Source: Candidatus Aminicenantales bacterium
GTDB taxonomy: Bacteria > Acidobacteriota > Aminicenantia > Aminicenantales > UBA4085
Assembly: GCA_049515535.1 (NCBI GenBank)
Contig: JBEKTZ010000013.1
Coordinates: forward strand, 62,001-105,818
Direction of reading: 5' to 3'
DNA length: 43,818 nucleotides
Part shown: positions 36,507 to 43,818 of the stretch, in pieces
How the letters are laid out: every line of letters starts with the position of its first letter
How positions within the stretch are numbered: the first letter of the stretch is position 1
Notes under the pieces: model-generated
Database searches by the model: none
What the model was told of the DNA's origin: nothing
Seen by the model: only the letters and a program-made list of their open reading frames with translations
Translations under genes and position numbers: made by a program

Positions 36507-38837
36507 ATGGACAAGACGCTCGTCATCGTCGAATCCCCGGCTAAAGCGAAGACCATCAACCGCTATCTCGGCCCGAACTACGAAGTCCTGGCATCCATGG
36601 GACACGTGCGCGACCTGCCGAAGAGCAAAATGGGCGTCGACGTCGAACACGATTTCGAGCCCCAATACGTCGTCATCCCCGAACGCCGCAAAGTCGTCGC
36701 CGAGCTGCAGAAAGCGGCGGAACGCTCCAGCTCGATCATCCTGGCCGCTGATCCGGACCGGGAGGGCGAAGCCATCTGCTGGCATCTGAGCGCTCTGTTC
36801 GCCGACGCGAACAAGAACATTTCCCGGGTGATGCTCCATGAGATCACGAAGTTCGCGGTCGAGCAGGCCATTCAGCACGCGGTCAAGCTCGACCAGAACA
36901 TGTTTAATGCCCAGCAGACGCGACGGATCCTGGACCGGCTCGTCGGCTACCTTGTCAGCCCGTTCCTGTGGAAGAAGGTCGGCCGGGGGCTGAGCGCCGG
37001 GCGCGTGCAGTCCATCGCCCTGCGCTTGATCTGCGAGCGCGAAAAGGAAATCAAGGCCTTCGTTCCGGAAGAATACTGGTCGATATTCGCCCATCTTGCG
37101 TCGGTCAGCCCGCCGCCTTTCAGAGCCGCGCTGACGAAGATCGATGGCAAAAAAGCGAAAGTCGAGAATGCGGCGGCTGCGGAACGGATCGTCAATGAGC
37201 TCAAGACCGCGGATTTCGTCCTGGACAAGGTCCAGGTCCGCGAAAAGAAAAAAAACCCGCCTCCGCCGTATATCACGAGCACGCTCCAGCAGGACGCGTA
37301 CCAGCGCCTCCATTATCCCGTCAAGAGGACGATGTCCATCGCCCAGAAGCTCTATGAAGGCATGCCCATCGGCGAGCGCGGGCCCGTCGGTCTGATCACC
37401 TATATGCGCACCGATTCGGTGCGTGTGTCGAACGAGGCCCAGGCCTGGGCGCGAACGTACATCGAGAAGAATTATTCCCCCAGGCACGTGCCGGCCAAAC
37501 CCCCATTTTATAAGAACAAAAGCCAGGCGCAGGACGCCCACGAAGCCATCCGTCCCACGCTCCCCGACCTTTCGCCCGAGGCCGTCAAGCCTTATCTCAA
37601 GAGAGAGGAGTTCAGCCTCTATCAGCTCATCTGGAACCGGTTCCTCGCCTCCCAGATGAACGCGGCGATCATCGAGGAAACGGAATTCGGAATCGTCGCG
37701 TCAAAATATCTTTTCACGGTCAAGGGCGAAGTCCTGAAGTTCCCCGGACATCTGGCGCTCTATCCCAACCGGGAGAACGGGGAGAAGGAAACGCTGCCCC
37801 CGGCCGCGGCGGGCGAGAAGCTCCGGCTGGTCGAGGCCGGACTCGAACCCAAACAGAATTTTACGCAGCCGCCGTCGCGCTATACCGAAGGCACGCTGGT
37901 CAAGGAGCTCGAGGCCAAGGGCATCGGACGGCCTTCCACCTACGCCCCGATCATCACGACCCTGCAGAACCGTGTCTACGTCGTCAAGGACCAGGGAAAA
38001 TTCGTCCCGACCGACCTGGGCCTGTTCGTCACCGACTTCCTCGTCCAGAATTTTCCCGATCTCATGGACATCCGGTTCACGGCGCAGATGGAAGAAGAGC
38101 TAGACCGTATCAGCGAGGGCGGACAGGACTGGCATGCGTCGCTCCATAACTATTACGACAAGCTCGACAAGGACTTGAAGGCGGGCATGAAGGTCGAAAG
38201 CGTGAAAGCGACGGGGATCCCGTTGGAGGGGGCCTGCCCGAAATGCGGCAAGTCGCTCGTGCTCAAGAGCGGAAGATTCGGCCAGTTCAAGGCCTGTTCC
38301 GGTTATCCGGAATGCGACTTCAAGGAAAGCATGGTCAAAAAGGAAGTCATCCCGCTCGATGAGAAATGTCCGACCTGCGGCGCCCAACTCGTCAAGCGCT
38401 GGGGCCGGTTCGGCCCATTCATCGCCTGCTCCGACTATCCTAAATGCAAATATATCAAAAAGGAGCAGACGGACACCGGTCTCGCCTGCCCGAACGCCTG
38501 CGGCGGGACGATTCTCAAGCGCAAGACGCGTCGCGGAAAATTCTTCTACGGCTGCAGCCTTTTCCCGAAATGCCGGTTCGCCACGTGGGACGAACCGATC
38601 GCGAAGCCCTGCCCCAAATGCGGGAAGCCGTTCCTGCTCCAGAAAACGTCCAAAAAAGAGGGGACGTTCGTTCATTGCTGGGATGAAAAATGCGGGTACA
38701 GGGACCCGGCGAAACCGGAGGCGCCCCACAAAAAAGAAAAGGCCGCTAAAGACGGGGCCGGGCCAAATCCGCCCGACGCTCATCAGCCGGGACCGGACGA
38801 ACCGCAGGGCGGGAACGCCTCCGGCGCCGCGTCATAA
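36507..38837 (+). CDS. topA: DNA topoisomerase I
   Basis: LVIVESPAKAKTI, DPDREGEAI, SAGRVQS, ITYMRTD, GIGRPSTY; four C-terminal Cys zinc ribbons. Confidence 0.98.
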   Translation: MDKTLVIVESPAKAKTINRYLGPNYEVLASMGHVRDLPKSKMGVDVEHDFEPQYVVIPERRKVVAELQKAAERSSSIILAADPDREGEAICWHLSALFADANKNISRVMLHEITKFAVEQAIQHAVKLDQNMFNAQQTRRILDRLVGYLVSPFLWKKVGRGLSAGRVQSIALRLICEREKEIKAFVPEEYWSIFAHLASVSPPPFRAALTKIDGKKAKVENAAAAERIVNELKTADFVLDKVQVREKKKNPPPPYITSTLQQDAYQRLHYPVKRTMSIAQKLYEGMPIGERGPVGLITYMRTDSVRVSNEAQAWARTYIEKNYSPRHVPAKPPFYKNKSQAQDAHEAIRPTLPDLSPEAVKPYLKREEFSLYQLIWNRFLASQMNAAIIEETEFGIVASKYLFTVKGEVLKFPGHLALYPNRENGEKETLPPAAAGEKLRLVEAGLEPKQNFTQPPSRYTEGTLVKELEAKGIGRPSTYAPIITTLQNRVYVVKDQGKFVPTDLGLFVTDFLVQNFPDLMDIRFTAQMEEELDRISEGGQDWHASLHNYYDKLDKDLKAGMKVESVKATGIPLEGACPKCGKSLVLKSGRFGQFKACSGYPECDFKESMVKKEVIPLDEKCPTCGAQLVKRWGRFGPFIACSDYPKCKYIKKEQTDTGLACPNACGGTILKRKTRRGKFFYGCSLFPKCRFATWDEPIAKPCPKCGKPFLLQKTSKKEGTFVHCWDEKCGYRDPAKPEAPHKKEKAAKDGAGPNPPDAHQPGPDEPQGGNASGAAS

Positions 38838-38857
38838 TTCGGCGAGATCATCCGCTT

Positions 38858-38925
38858 TCAACAGCGGCTGGGGCCCCGGGCTTTGCCCGGGGGTCCACTT
38901 CCGCCGCGAAGGCTCGTCCCTTGGC
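38858..38925 (+). repeat. Family A element, short form A4 (68 bp, lacks the 39-bp central module)
   Basis: TCAACAGCGG...CCCCGGGCTTTGCCCGGGGGTCCACTTCCGCCG|CGAAGGCTCGTCCCTTGGC. Confidence 0.9.
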
Positions 38926-38989
38926 CCCTTTGAGAAAAGGGGAGAATCCTGTTGTGCCCCCTCTCTCTAAACGCTAGAATGAAATCGTC

Positions 38990-39883
38990 ATGAGAAAAGA
39001 GTTGGACGAATTCATGGCTTACCTCCGGCACGAAAGGAACGCCTCGCCGCACACGATCTCGAGTTACAGGATCGACCTCGTCCAGCTCGCGAACTATCTC
39101 GAGGCGAAGAAGATCAAGCTCGGCCGCGTGGACAATGTCGTTCTGCGCGGTTTCCTGGTCGACCTCTATAAAAAAAGCCTGTCCAAGACCTCCGTGGCCC
39201 GGAAGCTCGCGGCCGTCCGGTCTTTTTTCGAGTTCGGCATCAGGCAAAAATGGGTCGACGACAATCCGGCCAGGATCGTGTCCACGCCCCGCCTCGATCG
39301 CCATGTGCCGGTTTTCCTGTCGGAAGAGGAAATGAAAAAGCTGATCGAGGTCCCGCCGACGGACGATGTCATCGGCCTCCGGGATAGGGCGATTCTCGAG
39401 TTATTCTACGCCACGGGCATCCGGGTCGGCGAGCTGGTCGGGATCGAACTCGACGACATGAGCCTGGACGAGAAAATGATCCGCGTGCGGGGCAAGGGAA
39501 AGAAAGAGAGGCTGGTGCCCTTCGGCCGGAAAGCCGCGGAAAGCCTGCAGACGTATCTCCGGGCCCGCCCCTCGCTCCCTTTGGTTTTGGGACAGAAGGC
39601 GCTTTTCCTGAATTATCGGGGCTCGCGGCTCACCTCGCGTTCCATCGAAAGACTCGTGACGAAATATTTCAGCCGGATCGCGCTGCGGAAAAAGATCAGT
39701 CCCCACGCGTTGCGCCATTCGTTCGCGACGCATCTTCTCGGCCGCGGAGCCGATCTGCGCGTGATCCAGGAGCTCCTGGGCCACGAGAGCCTGGCCACGA
39801 CCCAGAAATACACCCACATGGACGTCAAGCAGCTCCTCGACGTTTATCGCAAAGCCCACCCCCGCGCGGGAAGCGCGAAATAA
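38990..39883 (+). CDS. xerC: Tyrosine recombinase XerC
   Basis: RDRAILELFYATGIR, GKGKKER, HALRHSFATH, LLGHESLATTQKYTH; dprA-topA-xerC synteny. Confidence 0.9.
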   Translation: MRKELDEFMAYLRHERNASPHTISSYRIDLVQLANYLEAKKIKLGRVDNVVLRGFLVDLYKKSLSKTSVARKLAAVRSFFEFGIRQKWVDDNPARIVSTPRLDRHVPVFLSEEEMKKLIEVPPTDDVIGLRDRAILELFYATGIRVGELVGIELDDMSLDEKMIRVRGKGKKERLVPFGRKAAESLQTYLRARPSLPLVLGQKALFLNYRGSRLTSRSIERLVTKYFSRIALRKKISPHALRHSFATHLLGRGADLRVIQELLGHESLATTQKYTHMDVKQLLDVYRKAHPRAGSAK

Positions 39884-39912
39884 TCGGCCCAAAAACTTTT
39901 TTTTAACTCACG

Positions 39913-40025
39913 TTGACCCGTTCGCCTCTGCTAAGCCCCGCCTTTCAAGGCGGGGACGAGAAGCGAGACTCAGGGTTAACCCCGAACAAGGCCCGGCATC
40001 CATGCCGGGGAGTCGAGGGGTTTAC
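39913..40025 (+). mobile_element. Family C element: miniature non-autonomous IS200/IS605-like element (PATE-like)
   Basis: TTGAC, then AAG-CCCCGCCTT-TC-AAGGCGGGG (39936-39955), central GGGTTAACCC, AAGG-CCCGGCAT-CC-ATGCCGGG (39992-40009), ending TTTAC. This matches the two-subterminal-hairpin layout of IS200/IS605 ends. Single copy in the window. Confidence 0.6.
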
Positions 40026-40130
40026 TTTTTTTTGCGCCGTCGAGGCCAAGATGTCAACACGGGTTGACTTGGCCGCGCCCAATTATTTAATAACCATATG
40101 ATAACAAAATAGATGCAGGCGCGTAATTCT

Positions 40131-40146
40131 TGGCATAGGGTTTGCA
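40131..40146 (+). promoter_or_regulatory. Sigma54 (-24/-12) promoter
   Basis: TGGCATAGGGTTTGCA with exact GG-N10-GC spacing, 26 nt before the ATG; AT-rich IHF-like tract upstream. Confidence 0.8.
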
Positions 40147-40172
40147 ATAGGATGGGGCGAAAGGAGGTCATC

Positions 40173-40466
40173 ATGAAACAATTCATCACGAAAGGAGTGG
40201 CGGTCAGCCTCATCCTCGGCCTTTTTGTTTTTCCTCTCCTTGCCCAGCAGGCTCAGACCAAGAAGCCCACGGGCGACAAGGTCAACCTCAACACCGCGAC
40301 GCTCGACGAGCTCCAGAAGCTGCCCAGGGTCGGCCCGAAGGTCGCCCAGCGGATCGTCGATTACCGGAAGCAGAACGGGAGCTTCAAAAAGATCGAAGAG
40401 ATCATGAAGGTTCGCGGCATCGGGGAAAAGACGTTCGCCCGGATGAAAGACATGCTGACGGTCTAG
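40173..40466 (+). CDS. comEA: ComEA-like helix-hairpin-helix DNA-binding protein
   Basis: Signal peptide; KVNLNTATLDELQKLPRVGP...KVRGIGEKT; AAGGAGG RBS. Confidence 0.88.
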   Translation: MKQFITKGVAVSLILGLFVFPLLAQQAQTKKPTGDKVNLNTATLDELQKLPRVGPKVAQRIVDYRKQNGSFKKIEEIMKVRGIGEKTFARMKDMLTV

Positions 40467-40545
40467 GCGCTGGTCCCAAAAGCCTTCCAAGGGTGTCCCC
40501 TCCGCCCTTAGCCATCCCTCTTCCTCCGGAAGGGGGGTGGCCCCT

Positions 40546-41157
40546 CTATTTATCAAGGAATTCGAGGAGAAAGGCTTTTATCTTTTTAAGGGCGCGACCA
40601 CGATGGCTGACGGCGTTCTTCTCCCGCGGCTTGAGCCGTCCAAACGTCTTTCGCAACGGCCGATAATAGAAAATGGGATCATAGCCAAAGCCGCGTTGCC
40701 CTTCATTCTCGAAAGTGATCGTGCCCCGCACTTGCCCGGTCACGGCCTTGAGCGGCTTGCCGTCGAGCGAAAGGACCATCGAGCAGATGAATCGGCCGCG
40801 ACGTTTTTCCGCGGGGATGTCTTTCATCATCCCGAGGGCCTTTCGGATGTTCTTCGCGTCCGTGGCTCCTCTGCCGGAAAATCGCGCCGAGATGACGCCG
40901 GGCGCGCCTCCCAGCGCTTCGATCTCCAACCCGGAATCTTCGGCCAGAGTCAGAAACCCGGTTTTCAGGCTGTAGAACCGGCTTTTCCCCAGAGCGTTTT
41001 CTTTAAACGTCGTCCCCGTTTCCATAAACCGCGCGTCTATCCGGGCCCCGGCAAGCGTGATGACCCTGACCGGCAAGCCGAGCAGAGCGGTCCGGATTTC
41101 ACGAGCCTTACCTTCGTTCGTCGTGGCCAGAACGAGAGTGATTTTTTTTGGGCCCAC
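40546..41157 (-). CDS. rdgB: RdgB/HAM1 non-canonical purine NTP pyrophosphatase
   Basis: LATTNEGK, AEDSGL...GAPGVISARF, GFGYDPIF, KNAVSHRGRAL. Confidence 0.95.
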   Translation of the reverse strand: MGPKKITLVLATTNEGKAREIRTALLGLPVRVITLAGARIDARFMETGTTFKENALGKSRFYSLKTGFLTLAEDSGLEIEALGGAPGVISARFSGRGATDAKNIRKALGMMKDIPAEKRRGRFICSMVLSLDGKPLKAVTGQVRGTITFENEGQRGFGYDPIFYYRPLRKTFGRLKPREKNAVSHRGRALKKIKAFLLEFLDK

Positions 41158-41164
41158 GGAGATT

Positions 41165-42073
41165 CTATCGTCCGATCGTGTCCGTGAAAAAGGCCAGGAC
41201 GAAGAGAAGAATCAGGAAGAGGGCGTAGAGCGCGAACTTGGGGCTGGCCAGAAGCTTTTCCGGCTCTTCCATGACCTCGGCTTCCTTTAACGTTTTCCGG
41301 AAAATCAGAAAGAAGAAAAAAAGAAGAAAAGGCGCGATGGCATAGAACGTCTGCAATTTGAGGGAATAGCCGAGATACAGAAAGGCGAGAAGACAGATGG
41401 CGGCGCTGACGGCCATGCCGAACAAGAGGTGATTCCCGGTATATTTCTTGTGCGATGTCCGGTACTGACTCGCCTTTTCCTTGAGGAGACGAAACTCGGA
41501 AAGCCTCTTGGCCACCATGAGGAAATTCCCGAACGACCACCAGCTGAGGAGAAGGCTCAAGGACGGAAAATCGCGGAGCGGCGCGAAGGCGTACCAGCCG
41601 ATGAGAAAGCGGATGGGGTTGTTGGCGGATTCCGAGATCGCATCGAGGAAGGGAATGTCTTTCGTCCGGATGGGCTTGACGTTATAGACAATCCCCGCGA
41701 TAAACAGCGCGAAGAGCGAAAAAAAGAACCTTTTGGAAAAGAGAGCGTACGCAGATCCCAGGCCGATCAACGTAATGATCGAGCCGAGGAGAAAAAATGG
41801 GCGCTTCTGGATCTCGCCCTGGACAAGAGGCCGGGTCCGCTTGGTCGGGTGGTGAATGTCGAACGGCATGTCCACGATTTCGTTCAGAATGTAGTTTGCG
41901 GTCGAGATCGCCCAGGTCAAAAGAAAAGCGGCCGCCGTGCGCCAGACGAGCTCGATCAAGGAAAGACGAGAGAGAGCTTCCCGGTTGAGAAAGAAAAAGG
42001 CGGCCGTCCCGAGAAAAATGGCCAAACTCCGGGGCCATCGTTCCAGGCGCATGGCTCGCAAGTAGGCATTCAC
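41165..42073 (-). CDS. UbiA-family transferase (polyprenyl-phosphate phosphoribosyltransferase-like)
   Basis: GTG start overlapping the upstream stop; NYILNEIVDMPFDIHHPTKRTRPLVQG, KRLSE; multiple TM helices. Confidence 0.8.
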   Translation of the reverse strand: MNAYLRAMRLERWPRSLAIFLGTAAFFFLNREALSRLSLIELVWRTAAAFLLTWAISTANYILNEIVDMPFDIHHPTKRTRPLVQGEIQKRPFFLLGSIITLIGLGSAYALFSKRFFFSLFALFIAGIVYNVKPIRTKDIPFLDAISESANNPIRFLIGWYAFAPLRDFPSLSLLLSWWSFGNFLMVAKRLSEFRLLKEKASQYRTSHKKYTGNHLLFGMAVSAAICLLAFLYLGYSLKLQTFYAIAPFLLFFFFLIFRKTLKEAEVMEEPEKLLASPKFALYALFLILLFVLAFFTDTIGR

Positions 42074-42981
42074 GGGCGCGCGTCCTTTTTCGCGTAAATC
42101 TCGAACGAATCCCGGAGCGCTAATTTTATCGGAATCCGTTTTAAAAAAGAAGTTGAGCGCCCTTTTTTGGCCAAGACATCGAAGATTTTTTTTCGGGAAA
42201 GGAGATAATGGGCGCTGAACGTCCAGGCGTATCTTTTTCTTTTGACGATCTCGAAACCGGCGTCCTCGAGGAGCATAATCAGGCTTTTCTCCGAGAAATA
42301 CGCCAGATGGCCCGGCCGCAGGTGCCACCAGCGTTTTCCCGCGATGCGGGCCGCCGGGCTATGGACGTCGGGAGTGACGAGACACAGGATTCCGCCGGGG
42401 GCGAGGATTTCATGGGCTTTTCGAACGGCTTCCCGAGGCTTCGGCGTGTGCTCGATGAAATCGACCATGGTCACGGCCCGAAAAGATCCGGGAGCGAGAG
42501 AAGTCTCTTCGAAGAATCCCTGAACCAGGCTGATTCCGCGCTTTTCGGCCGCGAACGTCACGGCCCACGCGCTCGCTTCGATGCCGGAGGGCGTCCAGCC
42601 CCTGGCCCGGGCGAGCTGGAGAAGAATCCCCGTCGCCGCGCCCACATCGAAAAGAGGGCCTTTGTCCGGCAGCCGTTTTTCGAGCTCTTTGAGGATCCCC
42701 AGAAAGTTTTTTGACCGGCCTTCGGCTTCCTGATCATACGCGGGATCTTCGACCCGGCTGTAAAGCGAGAAGATGAATTCCGGCTTGGGATATGGATCGG
42801 CGAAAATATGCCCGCAGTCCAAACATTCTTTCAGGTCCCAGATTTTTCCGTATTCGCTGTCGGTGATCTTGATCTGTTCCGTGTCGAGCAGGGCATAATC
42901 GAACGTGCCCTGCTTGTAGAAGCGGAAGCGCCGGCTCGAGCAGATGGGGCATTTTTCCGCGCGGGCGAATTTTTCCGGCAT
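42070..42981 (-). CDS. Class I SAM-dependent methyltransferase with an N-terminal Cys (zinc) motif
   Basis: CPIC...CLDC, FDVGAATG, DFIEH, LAPGG, PGHLAYF. Confidence 0.88.
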   Translation of the reverse strand: MPEKFARAEKCPICSSRRFRFYKQGTFDYALLDTEQIKITDSEYGKIWDLKECLDCGHIFADPYPKPEFIFSLYSRVEDPAYDQEAEGRSKNFLGILKELEKRLPDKGPLFDVGAATGILLQLARARGWTPSGIEASAWAVTFAAEKRGISLVQGFFEETSLAPGSFRAVTMVDFIEHTPKPREAVRKAHEILAPGGILCLVTPDVHSPAARIAGKRWWHLRPGHLAYFSEKSLIMLLEDAGFEIVKRKRYAWTFSAHYLLSRKKIFDVLAKKGRSTSFLKRIPIKLALRDSFEIYAKKDARP

Positions 42982-43132
42982 GGGCTTATATCATAGCGGG
43001 GAAGAGAAGGGGATACAAGACCAAAATTCGATCGTTCGGCCGCGCGAAAAGAAGGCGGATTTCGGATAAAAATACCGCTTGAAATATCATTGCCTCGTCT
43101 TGGAAACTGTACTAAGGTCAGCAAAAAACCGC

Positions 43133-43192
43133 TTGACATATCATTGTCGGGAATGATAATTAATAAAGTCTATTGACATTATCGACTATTAT
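43133..43192 (+). promoter_or_regulatory. Sigma70-type promoter and putative Rrf2 operator
   Basis: TTGACA (43133-43138)-16 nt-GATAAT (43155-43160), then imperfect palindrome AATAAAGTC-N13-GACTATTAT (43162-43192). Confidence 0.65.
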
Positions 43193-43204
43193 GGAAAACG
43201 GCCA

Positions 43205-43645
43205 ATGAGGCTTTCGACCAAAGGCGAATATGCGAGCCGGGCCATGTTGGAGCTTGCCCTTCATTATGCCGAAGGACCCCGCCATATCCGCGACATATCA
43301 TCCGCCCAGGATATCCCCGAACGGTTTCTCGAACAGATCCTGCTTTTGCTCAAGAGGACAGGGTATTTGCGGAGTAAGAAAGGTCCGAACGGCGGCTATT
43401 TTCTGGCCAAGCCTCCAACCAGGATCTCCGTGGCCGAAATCATCCGAGTCATGGACGGTCCCTTGGCGCCGATCGATTGCGTCAGCGTGACCGCCCGGGA
43501 ATTTTGCTCCCGGGAGCGGTTTTGCGGATTGAAGGGGCTTTGGAAAGAAGTCCGGGACGCGATCGCTCAAATCCTGGAACGGACGACCTTCGAAGACCTC
43601 GCCGAGCGGACAAGAGAAGCCAAACGGACCGCGAGCGGGACATAA
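43205..43645 (+). CDS. Rrf2 family transcriptional regulator (IscR/CymR-like, three Cys)
   Basis: MRLSTKGEYA, FLEQIL, SKKGPNGGYFLA, C-x8-C-x5-C (DCVSVTAREFCSRERFC). Confidence 0.93.
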   Translation: MRLSTKGEYASRAMLELALHYAEGPRHIRDISSAQDIPERFLEQILLLLKRTGYLRSKKGPNGGYFLAKPPTRISVAEIIRVMDGPLAPIDCVSVTAREFCSRERFCGLKGLWKEVRDAIAQILERTTFEDLAERTREAKRTASGT

Positions 43646-43663
43646 AAATTTTTTCGAGAATAG

Positions 43664-43818
43664 TCGACGAGCGGTTGATAAGTCCTATGGCTCGCCATAG
43701 GGAACCGCTCGTAGAGGGATCCAAGGGGGAGCCGCCCCCTTGGTCGCAGGGCGGGGTTTCATGCCCCGCCCGAGAAAGGGAGGCAGGGCGACCGGGTCTT
43801 CCCGGTGCCCGTTGGAAG
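43664..43818 (+). repeat. Family B multi-hairpin element, copy B3 (cut by the window end)
   Basis: TCGACGAGCGGTT...same CCAAGGGGGAGCCGCCCCCTTGG core; variant hairpins 1b and 3. Confidence 0.93.

Noticed and set aside
38990..39883. Tyrosine recombinase as a phage or integron integrase
   Set aside because: Size, motifs and dprA-topA synteny fit housekeeping XerC; no IntI insertion, attC array or phage genes seen.
16731..43818. Repeats A and B as a CRISPR array or as tRNA/rRNA
   Set aside because: They are dispersed over kilobases with no repeat-spacer period, no cas genes and no cloverleaf or rRNA signatures.

Overview
GC-rich bacterial chromosomal segment from a Gram-negative, LPS-producing organism. 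The gene style suggests an uncultured lineage such as Aminicenantes/Acidobacteriota, but that is only an impression. Roughly the first 31 kb is a surface-polysaccharide/LPS region. It holds a WbpB/D/E-like trio, a secreted heparinase II/III-family protein, Wzz, a secreted D-glucuronyl C5-epimerase-like protein with a large insertion, a UDP-glucuronate 4-epimerase, rmlA-C-B, a perosamine-type aminotransferase, gmd, rmd-like, purF, a GHMP-kinase/nucleotidyltransferase fusion, a heptose kinase, an O-antigen ligase, GT9, GT4, an LPS kinase, a clan GH-A-like protein and a methyltransferase. The rest holds outer-membrane barrels, DUF1573/DUF167, a RAYT-type Y1 transposase with perfect 27-bp terminal inverted repeats, dprA-topA-xerC, a sigma54-driven comEA-like gene, rdgB, a UbiA-family transferase and an Rrf2 regulator. 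The main non-coding signal is eight intergenic multi-hairpin elements in three families (A x4, B x3, C x1). They are bounded by TTGAC-like pentamers, all lie in the same orientation, and family B shows compensatory base changes and a swapped hairpin. No rRNA, tRNA or CRISPR array was seen. All calls come from motif recognition by eye; no database search was run.
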